Made by a program: the position numbers and the translations under genes
Shown here: positions 14,243 to 26,855 of the stretch, in pieces
Layout of the letters: every line of letters begins with the position of its first letter
Position numbering within the stretch: position 1 is the stretch's first letter
From: Gnetum montanum
Taxonomy: Eukaryota; Plantae; Gnetophyta
Assembly: GCA_015680685.1 (NCBI GenBank)
Contig: MNCI01000828.1
Location: 194,219 to 258,218 of the forward strand
DNA length: 64,000 nt
Reading direction: 5' to 3'
The notes under the pieces: generated by a model
Databases searched by the model: none
What the model was told of the DNA's origin: nothing
The model's input: only the letters and a program-made list of their open reading frames with translations

Positions 14243-17200
14243 TATAACAACTTGTATTTTTCACACCTTTGGTACATATGGTCATTGTAGAGTTTATAAT
14301 GCCTAAACTCGTATCTGCACTTTACATGTTTTGGTTTGATATAGTTTTATGGTTTTTCCTAGAGACTTTATGATCATGTTGAGCCTTATGATTCTCAAAT
14401 GCATACATGTTATTATGTATTTTTCTAATATTTAATTATATGTATTTTTTTATCCTCTAGAAGATGTGCAGTAACCTTGTTGTTGAGTGTGCTAGGCTCT
14501 CAGGAGGATTGATTGGAAGCATGGCATGGCATGTGATTTGTCATTTGTTTAATTATGTTTCCCTAGAGTGCATGTTGTGGCCCTAGTGGTTATGTGGATT
14601 GATAATTTTATGTGTATGCATGTATTTTTATGTATGTATTTGTTAGATTAGTCTTAACTTATTTTTATGAGAGGAGATTTGAATATATTTTTTTTATTAT
14701 GATGTATTTTATAGTACTCTTTCTTTCATCGTTTTGGCATGTGTGGGAGTTACATGACTAGGAGAGGAAGTTATGTTTGAGATGGATAAGATTTTTGGCA
14801 TTATTCTTTTAGTTTTTTATTAGTCTCCATTAAAACATGCATTGCCTTTTGTCCACAAATCTTGACAAATTAAGAGAAGTGTTGTGGGAGATTCAAGCTA
14901 TGGAAACATTGGTGGATTACAAATTAGTTGTGTTGATTGCTTGGATTTTCTGTTTTGGTCAAATCATCCATGGATTTTCATCATATGAATTTAGAGGCAA
15001 GTTATCTTAGCTTCATCCCCATTTACTTTTACAAGTTTTTGTGCACATTCATGGGATGGATATTATTTATTTTTGCCATATGATTCTAATGTTATTTGTG
15101 GGCTAATGGATTTTGTTTAGAATAGATAGACTGTTGTTGTAATCTATTTTTGTGTGCATAATTTTTTGATTAATAGTATTGCTATTTCTATAGATCTTGG
15201 ACATGGGTTTTGATAAGAGTTTTACCAAAAATTTAGTGGGATGGTTTTGGCAAATTAATTTTAAAGTATCTTTTATGATTTTAATTTTTTTTATGACTTT
15301 TATATAATTCTCGTATCAATTCATAGAATTTCTTGATTTTCTATTTCTCTTTTCTTTATCCTGTGATTTCTTTTCACGGAGCTATGGTTTCAAGGCATTG
15401 AAAATTTTGTTACTAGAATAGATGCCATGTAGAAAAACATCTATATCTTTTATGTACATTTAAGTTAGGATTTGAGTTATGGGTTTTTAAAATCTACCTG
15501 AAAAGTTATACAATTTAAAAACAAGAATCATATTAAAATTCATAGTTTGTTTTGAGTTATATGCCATTGTTTTAGACATATCTAAAATTGTAGGAATTTT
15601 TATGATATGGTTCTATAAGGCTATATCTCAAGTATGGTTAGAGATAAAACTTTGAAAATTTACTTGAAGGTTTTTACATATTTTAGCATTTAAATATATT
15701 TGGAATTAATTAAAAGTATTGTGTTTTGATGAAGTTATAGATTTTTCATCGTTTTAAATAGTGTAGATTAAAAACCCCATATCTTATAGACCATACTAGA
15801 TCTTGCTCTAAACATTTAGCTATATATATTATCCTTTTAAGCCTTTCAAACTATTTTGGAATTAATGAAAAATGATTTTCTATCATAGAGTTATGGTCTA
15901 TTTTCCATTAGCTACTCTTTCCATTGGCTACTCTTTCCATTTTTGTTTCAGAATGATCCTCTAAGCCTAGACTCATGGTTCTACATCTCTATATTTTTTA
16001 TTAATACCTCTATACATTTTTAATAAAGAATAGTTATAAATATTGGCTTTTATATGGACTGATTATTATTAGAAAATTCATAGGAATGATGGAGTTATAA
16101 TAAGTTTACTTATTGTTATACATTTAGATGAAGATTCGACACTAAACTCAATTTTGGGGATTAATAAAGAGCTTGATGCCCTATGTTTAAATAAAGGGTG
16201 GGTTATGTGTAATCATGTTTTAGATGTAGTAACTTGTTATTGTTATGGATATACCTCTTTTGTTGATGCTGCTTTGTTTAATCTGCTTTTGACTCTGTTT
16301 TGCTCGATTTATGAAATTGGGTTTGTTAGCATGTTGACTTTGGCTTGTGATTGATTAATTGACATCTTGGGTAATTGTTTGGAATTTGTGAAATCCCTTT
16401 GGATGATTTTTTTTGTTTTCTATTTGATGAATTTTCTTGAGATTAGTTTAAGTTTGATAGTGTTTTTCTATGCTTTGGATTGATATTCTTATGAGGACCC
16501 CTTGGTTTGATTAATCTCTTTGATGAGATGGATTGCAGATTAGTTATGTTGATTGCTTGGATTTTCTGTTTTGCTCTCCTCATACATGGATTTTCATCAC
16601 ATGAATTTAGAGGTGAGTTGTCTTAGCTTCATTCCCATTTACTTTTATAAGTTTTTGTGCACATTTGTGGGGTGGATATTGTTTATTTTTGCTATATATT
16701 TTTCATCATTTAAAATAATGTAGATTAAAAATCCCATATCACATGTACCATACTAGATCTTGCTAAACATGTAGCTATATATATTGTCCTTTTAAGACTT
16801 TCAAACTATTTTAGAATTAATAAAAAATACTTTTCCATCATACAATTATGGTCTATTTTTTGTCAGCTGCTTTTTCCATTTTCGTTTCAATATGATTCTC
16901 TAAGCCTAGACCCATGGTTCTATATCTCTATATTTTTTTATTGATACCTCTATAAATTTTTAGTAGAGAATAGTTATAAATATTGGCTTTTATATGGATC
17001 TATAATATTAGAAAATTCATAGAAAAAATGGAGTTATAATAATTTTTCTTACTGTTATACATTTAGATGAAGATTCGACTCTAAACTCAATTTTGGGGAT
17101 TAATAAAGAGCTTGATGCTTTATGTTTAAATAAAGGGCGGGTTATGTGCAATCTTGTTTTAGATGTAGTAACTTGTTATTGGTGTGGATCTACCTCTTTT

Positions 17201-18149
17201 TTTGATGGTACTTGGTTTAATATGCTGTTGATGTTGTTTTGCTCAATTTAGGAAATTGGGTTTGTTAGCATGTTGACTTTGGCTTGTGATTGATTAATTG
17301 GCATCTTGGGTTACTATCTGGAATTTGTGAAATCCCTTTGGTTAATGGTTTTGGTTCTCTATTTGATGATAAATTCAATGTTGATATGGATATATTTTGA
17401 CATATGGCAAGTACACGCATGACAACATGACACACATATAACACTGAGAGTCCTGTGTGCCAACCTCCTTGTTTGTGAGGATGGTTAGAGAGGGAAAATC
17501 TTGGTTTTGACAGCGCATGTTGGATGGAAGTTTGGCTATTTGTTTGTATGCTTGTTTGGATGTCTAAGCTAACATATTTTGCAAGTTATCCATGCTCCTC
17601 CTAACTCCCATGAGAGTTGTCCATTTGGTGATTAGAGATATTGCTAAGGTTTCTCACTTATTTTTATTCTATTAACCCATTTTATTTTCAGGTTAATTGG
17701 TTGGAAGGAGATGGTAATTCTTGGAGGATTTGATATGATGATATGAGGTTGATGATGCTATGTATTCAATTTAGGCTTTGGCTATTTTATGTACTTGGAA
17801 ATTCAACCTTTATGCTAGACATTATATCTCTTTTTCTAGCTTTTGGTATATGGATATTTGTATGGTTGGACCTTTTATATCATCTTATTTTATACTTATA
17901 TTATGGTGATTCAATTTTTTAGTTTATGTTATTCCATTTCTTGCAAATATTTATGTTTGTACATTTCTTTTCTTCTATTGTTTAGTTTCTTCACTTTTCC
18001 TTGGGTCATGGCTTCACGCTAGGTTGCTTCATTTCCTTTCATAGTGAGATCATTTATTTCCTTGTCCCTTGCCATGGCCAACTGTTTCGTTAGGGGTTTT
18101 ACCCAATGTAAGGGTCTCCAACCTAAGGCCTATGAAGAAGGATGTTACA
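14243..18149 (+). mobile_element. Solo LTR (3.9 kb, Tekay/Del-like termini) with 5-bp TSD CATAG
   Basis: CATAG at 14238-14242 and 18150-18154; termini TATAACA (decayed TGTAACA)...TGTTACA; the flanks rejoin into a repeat also present intact, inverted, at ~41060-41240; internal duplications 14920-15080~16540-16695 and 15745-16430~16700-17370. Confidence 0.8.
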
Positions 18150-20150
18150 CATAGTGCTCATCTTTCTAAGGAGGGTTTTGAGAGGATTGGTTGATAATCG
18201 AAAGCCTAACCTCTTTGAGTGGTTGCACTCAGGTCTTTAACTCGAGAAATAAACACATTACCATCACTTTAAATAATGGTCCCTACATTTCTTTATAAAT
18301 GTGACTTCTAATTTCTAGGACACCTCTCCTTGAACTGATGATTTTAAATGCATCCACTATAATAATTAGGCCCCATGTACTTTGAGAATAGGTTGTTTAG
18401 CTTTTAATTATTATGACTACCATTCTTACCCCTCTCCTTGTCCTTCACATGTTCCTCTTAACCTTTTCTCCTTGCCTCTAGCTTCAAGAACTCATTTGGA
18501 TGCCATCTACAATCACCAAAGGATCAATGTTAGTTTTTGACAATTTCTAAGGTCCTAAGATAATGAAAATCTTCAATTTCTTAGTTAATTCAATTAATTT
18601 TATATTATTTAAAAAATGTGTTTCAAAATTTTTTCAAAAATGCATCCTAGTACATTCTTGTGATGGAAGCACAACTCTGAGAATTCAAGGATTTTTGAAC
18701 AAATGAAATGAGAGATTAGATGTGCAAAATATTGATTATGGACTGACTTGAAATCGTAAAATGATATAACTTCCCAATATTTGGCTCAAATTAATGAAAA
18801 ATGCAAGAGCAATGTGCATATTTATAGGTTTTTCTAATTGTGATGTCGCAATTGTGACATTTTATCTTTCATTTATGGACTACAACATCGTAGCCTTCAA
18901 AGACTATGTTTTAGATTTGAATTTCTAGGATTTCCAAATGCTAAAATTAATTTTTTTAGTTCCTAAAGCCTCTAAGGGTTTATTAGGCTAAGAGATGGGT
19001 TCCATTAACATTACTTAAATTGAAAATCATGAAAATGAATCCATTAATGCTCAAAAATAGCCAAAATTAGGGAAAAAAGTTAAAATCAATTAAATTTATT
19101 AAAATTCATTAGAAAATTATGTGAAGCAAGTCTTAAAATTTGCATGAAAGGTAAATAAGATTTTCGTGATGCTTTTAATAGAATAAAATGGTGTCATGTC
19201 AATCTATAGCTATGATTGATAAAAGTTATGCAAGTGGATCCTTTCCAAAGCAAGCCCCTACCCATATATTAATTAACACATATCCACCTTGGCTAGGAAA
19301 CTTATACAAAACACATTACCAAGATGAATTTAGCAAGGATAAAGACAACTGAATATGTAGTACCTTACCATGGTTGTAGTGGGATATATGTGTAAAGCAT
19401 GATTAAAATGACCATCATAGTTGTCAATTAGGATTTCAAATCGAGTCCATCCATTGCCAATGACATCACATTACATCAACATTGGGACTACCACCACGAG
19501 AGACTAGCCACCACATAAACACATGACCACTCAAACAATAAAATATGAAACAACATAGTAGAAATTTTAAAATAGTTAATTAATTAGTGTTGTGAAAGTT
19601 GTGGACCTTAAGCCATTGGATAGCAATGCATTCTTAAACATGGGTCATATGCCTATCCATCCAAATAGCCAACGTTAATCCCATTAGAGGAGTACCTTTG
19701 AATATGGGTCACATGCTTATCTAGTTACATGGTGGAACTATTACAAATGACCATGAAATTCTTGGAAGTATCCTAGCTTTCAAACATGAATCACCTGTCT
19801 TTTTGGTGACATAGCAAAAGAACATGAACATTTTAAATATGACTTCCTCGATATAATATAAATAAAGATGATGATGCATCAATGTAGAACCAATGGGACC
19901 TAGGATGGAGTTCCAAAGAATTAGCAAATCTTCTTGATATTGCATCCTTAATCATACCCTCTTGGTCCTTCCTCCTTTTCTCAAGGTATAATGGTCATGA
20001 GTTTATGAGAGTTGTTAATGTGATTAGGACCTCAATATTCCCATGATAAGAATTTGTTATTATTTAGAAATTTAGGAATGGTTGATGTGGTCTAATTATT
20101 CTTTCTATAGAATAATTTTCCAACTTTGCATTACAATTCCCAACAATGAA

Positions 20151-20290
20151 GTGTTAGCTAGTGGTAAAGACTCTTGATTTGAAAGCTCAAGCCATGGATT
20201 TGATTTTGGCTAGCAATGCAAGTTATAAAGTTCTAACTAGACCATATATCTTCAAGTATGCCTATATTACAATTATTTCGGTTCCAACAC
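20151..20290 (+). mobile_element. tRNA-derived SINE, copy 1
   Basis: A-box-like TAGCTAGTGGTAAAG, decayed B-box GGATTTGATT, shared body GCAATG..AGTTATAAAGTTCTAA. Confidence 0.7.
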
Positions 20291-23200
20291 CCCTGCATCA
20301 TCCACACCTCCACCCACACCCCCCTTCTTTCCCATCCCCCAACCTTGCAATTCCCCCCACATTTTTCCTCCTTTTCCCCACTCCCCACCCACTCCCACCT
20401 CCCAAACTAGCCACCCTCTTTCCCTTTTAGTTGTCTTGCTAACTTGCCAACTCTTTTCCCATTCCATCTCCTCAAATTCTTGCATCATTATTTGCAATGT
20501 GATTAATAATAGAAAAATATATTCATAAAAAACATAAAATTAAAGATCCAAAAACATACAAATTTTTTAAAAAATTAAAAAATATGAAGAAATAGAAAAT
20601 GTACTAAGAATAGAAAAATATAAAGAAAGGAAAAACTATAAAAATAGGGAAATAGAAAAAATGAGAAAATAAATAAAAAATTAAAATGGATTCACAATTC
20701 TCAATTAAAATAATGTATCTTTCCCATGGCCAACGTCTAACTAGGAGATTAAAAATTTAAATGAGCAACAAAGGCATTGGAAGATGAGGTGGTTGTGGCT
20801 TCTTGGGATTTCCTATACATTCTTACTTATTGCATGTCACATGCATGAGCATCCCTCTTGGAATGGGATGGATCCATGTTGTACTCTATTGTGCTCTTTT
20901 TCTTTCTAACCTCTTTGTCTTCTTTGGCCACCTAAACTATTAGCCTTTGGATATGATGAACCCTTGGTTATTCATCTACCTTAACTATAGATCCCAAAAG
21001 TCTTTATAGGTCTATTTCTTAGTCCATCTCCGATATGGTCCAACTATTCCTTTTGAGAAAAGTCAAGACCTAAACATTTGTGCAACAAAGAGTAGTACTT
21101 GCCGAATGCCAAAACAAGGGATTCATAAATCCCTTGCATCTACCCTTGAATTTTCTTTTTTAGATTTAACACTCTTGAGTAAGTTTGGTACTTATTGTTA
21201 AAGACCTCAAGCATTATAGTTCACTGGTGGATAGAAAGAAGCTTCAAGGATCCATACTAGTTTTTGTTTTCTTAATGAATACTTTGGGAAACATCTTCAA
21301 CATTAGCCATTTTCTTTTAATATTTTCTAAGGTGTAGACATTGTGGAAGACTTGTAGATGATACTATAGATCTGCATTGTATCTTTACTCAAACTTTGGA
21401 ATGTTGTTCATACAAAGCCACTTGGAAATTCTCATTGCCTTACAAATTTGAACCATGCTTTTCACTACCAACAACAGTTTATCTTCTTTATCTAGTAGAT
21501 CAAAATCATCATCATGGTCATGATTCCTACTTACCCTATCATGATAGTCTCTTCTTCTTTCTTTTATATGTCTCCTTTCTTCTCCTCTATCATGGTCATG
21601 GTCTTTATGCCTATCAAAATTTTTCATGAAGTTTTCATTACAATGCTATCTTGATTTTTCCTTGGGGATCTACTTCCTTGTCCATGTTCATCCTTATAAG
21701 ATCTAGATGAAGAGGAACAAGAAGATGGTGAATTAGGAAAACCATGTCGACTTTGATCTCCTACCCTGGTTTCCTTATGCTTCTATATTTGTACCAATGA
21801 AGGTCCTAGGCCTTGAAGACCTCCTTGTTCAGAGATCATGACCATTTCCTATTAGATTTCTTGCTAAGGTTGAGAATAGTGTTGGATTCTCCAAGTCCTT
21901 AGTGTTGAAGAGAGGAGGACCAGTGATGATAAAACCTCCCAAACTAATGATTTGTGTCTTCATTCTTTGACAAGGATGTCAAAGGTATTACGTACTTACC
22001 CTTGTGATACTTGTATCTTACCACCATCTAACGGTCTATCCTTTGTTGGGGCCTCTATTAATTGGTAGGATCTAAACATACACTTGTCAATGCAATAACC
22101 ATGCAAATGAAAGCATGGTTAATTCTAGTTCTCATTAGTGTTGTTGCAAGTATGGATAAAGCTACTCTATTAAGCAATAGCATGATATTGCCCTGCAAAT
22201 TCCTTCATCATATTTGTTCATCTTAGTAGAGGACCAAGATCTAATCAAGAAAGTAAGGAGCTTTATAAGCATAGGTGATCCTCACTTGATATGGTTAATT
22301 CAATTTATCTTCAATGTTTCTATCATTTTTCATTGCAAGATTCCCCCCTAGGTGTGTGTTTTTAGATTTATGAGAAGTAAACATGATTGAATTAGTATAT
22401 GTGTGTCTTAAATAATATTAAATATTCCTAAAGATAAATTGTTGATATCTTAATAATGATGGTATATAATACTAACTAAACTAAACTAAACTACTAGCAT
22501 TATCCCTAACAATGACTTTGAATGATGAGTGGCGAGTATGGCTAATTTTTCACCATATGATTTATGAGTGTTGTGGTAGACCATGTCATTATTTGTGGAT
22601 AGACTAATAATAGCGTTTGGTTTAGTCTCATTAGGTGATTGTTAGTTGTTGTCTTCCCACCTAAACTAGTAGTGATCCTTATGCTCATATGGTATAGCCT
22701 AGGTGAAGTGTATGATAGGTGATATTGTTACAACTATGACTAAGCTAGATGAAAACATGATGAATTATATTGTATAACTAATTAACTAAAATATAAAATT
22801 AAATCCTACGCTAGCCTAAGGACAATGAGTTTTCGTTCCTTAATTTGCTGTCACTTCCTAGTCTTGTATATCAACTGTTGGGTAAACCAAGCAATATTGC
22901 TACTTGGATTACCAAGCGAATATACATTTATGCTTGAGATTAGGTCACTTTCAATTTGCCAAATATTTATAATGCATCAAAAATAGAAATCATTATGGTA
23001 ATGAATAAGAGGAGTTAAATACACAAAATAGTAAATCTTATGTAAGTTAAATTACTGTAATGGAAAAGAATCAAATTTGATCTTATTGTTGGTCTTAAAA
23101 TGTGTCTAGGTACATTTACTTGAATAAGATTTCGTACAACTTACTCAAATCCATGTTGTTGGCATTTGTTGATTGTTTTCTAAACTATGGAATCAAATTG

Positions 23201-25829
23201 ATAGAGTTTTTCCGCTGCTAAATTCAATAGCGCTATAAATATGGTTGGTAAGTGGTATTTGTAGGCATTTAATGACATGGGGATGTTAACAAAGCAACCC
23301 TTATTGTAGTTGATAACAAATGTATTTTTTATTGTTCATTAAGTACTTTTACCAATAAGTTAATGGAATCATGATGTAAAGTGCAAATATCTTATTTTAT
23401 TTGAAATTGCCAATGGCATGTGTCAAGTGGTTAGCTAATTGCATCACAAATTGTTGCAAGAGGTTGCTACTTTAAGTTACACTTGAGACATTGTTATTTT
23501 CTTTTGTGATTCTTATAAAGTATCATGTTGGCAAAATGTCTTGAGGTGTATGTATACTTTAATTATTTTGGGTTCCGAAATCCTTTCTTTTGAAACGTTG
23601 AATTTCATAGAATTAGTTAACAAAAATACAATTAACATTACAATTTTTCTGTCTTTATTAAATTTTTAGCATAAACATTCACAATCATTGAAAGCTTGAA
23701 GGTGACTTTCATCCATATACATACATTGCACGCAAAGATGCTATATTCAAATCCAATCACCGGCATTCAGGTCACCTAAAAGCATTGTTCCATGTACGTC
23801 AGTTAATTATGTTTCCTCTCAGTAAAAAACAAGTCGAGGGTAATCGTAATTTGGCATTTTATTTGTGAATTATGTCCTCGAACCGGTGCGATTTTCGGAT
23901 CAACTAGTTTGGATTTGAGATCGCAGGCGCAGGGCACCTCGTAACTTCACCAATTACCGATCTCAGTTACCTTGCCAGGGAATTGGAATCAGTCACTGTT
24001 CTCAAGGATGGAGTCACTCCCTTATTTCTGTTCCACGGCATCATGTATAAAGTTGACGTAACCCAGGCTGTTAAGAGTTTCTGGTTTGGAACTTCAAAAA
24101 TGCAACACCTGTCATGATGTACTTTTTCTGTGACGATTTTTGTGTTTTCTAGTTGACGGGCTTCAGAATTAAGAGGCATCGTCAAATAAATATTCAAGGC
24201 TACATTACACTCGCANGAGAGGAGGTACCCCAAGTTGGGACACAACCAAATGTTCGCACAGACTAGCTTTTTACAAAATTGAATGACATAGAATTAGATG
24301 CTAAGTGTAACTAAAACACATAGGTCTAATTGACCAAAATCATAAGAATTATATGTACATGTGTATTTTATCCATTTTTATTAATATAAAGCTTGGTTTT
24401 GCTTTTGTTTTTACGTTAATTTGATGGTTTTAAAAAACTCTTAAACATTTTCTAAAACGTTTTCTTTTTGAAAAATTGGAACGTAAAATACGCGTAAAAA
24501 TACCAAAAATAAAAACGTTCATTTGAACGTACATTGAGAAGATGAAGTGCGTGCAACGCTCTGAAACATGACACAGCCAATAACGTGAAATGACAAAGCC
24601 AGGCTTCCTGATCATTGACGTGACAGAGAACCTGCTCTCCACTTTTTCTTAACGCAAACTCGCTAAGGCCCTGCACGCCATGTAATGATCGGAATTTCAA
24701 ATCTACGTTTCCTGTCATGTACTTCTTTCTCCTTTTGACAATTTTCGGCTCCAGAAGCCCCGGTCAATATAAATACTTAAAAGGCTGTCTTTTCGGTTTG
24801 CCTTTTACGTACATTTAATTTAATGCCCCAATTAATGTATCGCCATGCTGGTAAGCTTTAAGGGAAGGTGTGTTGGGTTATCAATCGGATGTTAAATCTA
24901 TAGATTTTGGTTTTCCAGATAAGAATATTGCTAGATTTTGGTTCCCTGGATCGAAAAAAAAATTGTTTGGTTTTGTTCGGTGGGGCGAATCATGAGATTC
25001 TATTTGGACCCACTGAATACATCCATTTTTTCCTGAATTTGCCATCAAAGATGTAATCAGTATCTTTTCGATGCAAATATGGCAGATTCATTCAACCAAA
25101 CAGGCCTCACGAAACTCTAACATGCACTCTGACGTATTGCAAAAACCATGGTACAGGGACATGCGTGAATAACTTGAGAGTTGGAATGTGCAACTCCAGA
25201 CAAAATTTGAATACTTCTTCAACTACTTTCTTGACCTGTTGAAGTGTTTACCGTGTGAAAAAACGTTAATATTAATTATTTTTGTGACGGATGACCAACT
25301 GCTTTCCACGATGGCGGAGAAGAAAATCCATCAAGTGACCGAGCGTCAAATCACTTATTAAATGAATATGTGTTCTAACCGTAGTTTTTAAGTGGCCGAT
25401 AAATCATTCGTTAACGATTAATGACCGGGGCAAGAGATTTTGTTGACCCCACTTGAGTCAGCATACTTTTTATAATGAACTTTGTTTCTATCATTCTTTA
25501 ACGATTACTCACTGGGGCAAGACGGCATAATTTTTATAAAAAAACTTTATTTCTAGAAAAAATTAATAAATTTAAATATCAATTTTTCAACCTTTTAATA
25601 TAACTCGGCCTAACTTTCCAATTTGTTGTGATTCTTAAAATACACCTCTCTGATGCACATCCCAACTTTTCAAACACTGGTTCTAACCGTTAATTATCGA
25701 GATTTTCCATTTCCTTACAAGTGAAATTGACCATTTTACATCAATTTTAAATATTGTAATAGACATTTTAAGGGAAAAAAAATTTAGTGGTTAAACACCA
25801 GGTGGACCTAAAAAGTTCAGATAAACACA

Positions 25830-26200
25830 TTTTTCGGCGGCAACTCATTCATATTTAATTATTTACGAGTAGTTTGGCGGGAGTAGGCCCAGTCAGACCT
25901 GACAGACAGCTTGCACCTGCAAAATTTTACAACGACAGCTTACTGACTAGTGACCAGTCGAACCAAGCTACCCTGCGCGATGTCAGCCTTACACGTGGCA
26001 GTAGCTCCGTGGTCGTGGTCCCCGATCTAAACGCTGTTGCCAGTCTGCTTCAGCGGCTGGTCGGCGCCCTCGCAGTGGAATCGTCGTTGTCGGCTCGACA
26101 CGTGGCGTACGGGCAGACGTGATGCTGACAGTCCTTGCACCTTTCGCCTGTGCAGCCACGGCCAGAGTTGTTTCCAGTCCGTCTACGCTCTGGCTTTGTC
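25830..26200 (+). promoter_or_regulatory. GC/CpG-rich proximal promoter of the KNOX gene with two ABRE/G-boxes, TGAC clusters, E2F-like and site-II motifs
   Basis: ACACGTGGC at 25991 and 26098; GTCAGACCTGACAGACAG near 25892; TGACTAGTGAC near 25944; TTTGGCGG at 25873; GGCCCA at 25886; CpG retained, unlike the flanks. Confidence 0.5.
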
Positions 26201-26216
26201 AAACTATCATCGTCTC

Positions 26217-26580
26217 ATCTGATCTAATCGGTTCGTTTGCGTTTAGATTCTTGGCCTTTTGTAGCCGTTCGCGCGGGTCCTGCAATTGTCTAGCATGGAT
26301 AAACTGGTTTACGGAATTTTGAGGTTGCGGATCGTGGAATGAAACCCTTGGCTTAAAGGCGAATGGACACAATGAGTACAGAAGCAGCAACATATTATCC
26401 ATCTGATCTAATCTGTTTGTTTACGTCTCCATGTATTTATATCCTTGGCCTTTTTACAGCCGTTTGCGCCGGTTCTGGCATAATAGTCTAGTATAGGTCT
26501 GGTGTACTGCTTTTTAGCTGCTGACTGTGGAGTGAAACGCTTGGCTTAGAGGCGAATAGTGATGAGTACGGAAGCTGAAA
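26217..26580 (+). repeat. Diverged tandem duplication (~185-195 nt period) of the KNOX 5' leader/start-codon region
   Basis: Both units start ATCTGATCTAATC, share TTGGCCTTTT..AG|CCGTT and GAAAC.CTTGGCTTA.AGGCGAAT, and end ATGAGTAC.GAAGC (26372 and 26562). Confidence 0.85.
26363..26491 (+). other. Putative upstream ORF (42 aa; MDTMSTEAATYYPSDL...GIIV*) derived from the duplicated start codon
   Basis: ATGs at 26363 and 26372, TAG at 26489-26491; out of frame with the main ATG. Transcription of this segment is not shown. Confidence 0.45.
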
Positions 26581-26855
26581 GTAGCAGGAACGTGAGCGTA
26601 AGCATGGGAGAAGGGCCTCCGGATGAGGCACTGCTACGGTGGAAGGCGGAGATCGTGTCGCATCCGCTGTATGAGCAGCTGCTGGCTTCGCATGTCTCGT
26701 GCCTGCGCATCGCCACTCCCATGGATCGCCTCCACACGATCGACTCGCAACTCGCACGATGCCAGCACGTGGTGTCCAAGTATTCCGTTTTCCTCCGCAA
26801 TGCTAATAATCCTCCTCTTCTCGACGAGCAACGCAAAGAGCTCGATCACTTCCTG
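26562..26855 (+). CDS. KNAT3-like: KNOX exon 1 (N-terminus, KNOX1 and start of KNOX2)
   Basis: ATG at 26562 with an in-frame upstream TAG at 26547; ends ...CAC TTC CTG|GTCAGG (phase 0). Confidence 0.92.

Larger units (their letters stand above)
8600..23400 (-). mobile_element. Old LTR-retrotransposon (probably Gypsy) nest bounded by two related LTR-like repeats (~8600-10260, interrupted; 22523-~23400)
   Basis: 8670-8810 and 9580-10080 align with 22610-22810 and 22880-23340; 22523 begins TGATGAGTGGCGAG like the young LTR at 62221; a gag-like hydrophilic region lies at ~20700-22300 (-); 10300-10640 is duplicated at 12580-12910. Boundaries are approximate. Confidence 0.5.

Noticed and set aside
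20151-20248. tRNA genes at the SINE loci
   Set aside because: The acceptor and anticodon stems do not pair, the copies are diverged, and they share a non-tRNA 3' body.
20161-20497. Pro-rich and Gly-rich ORFs
   Set aside because: Translations of a SINE plus a low-complexity C-rich tract.
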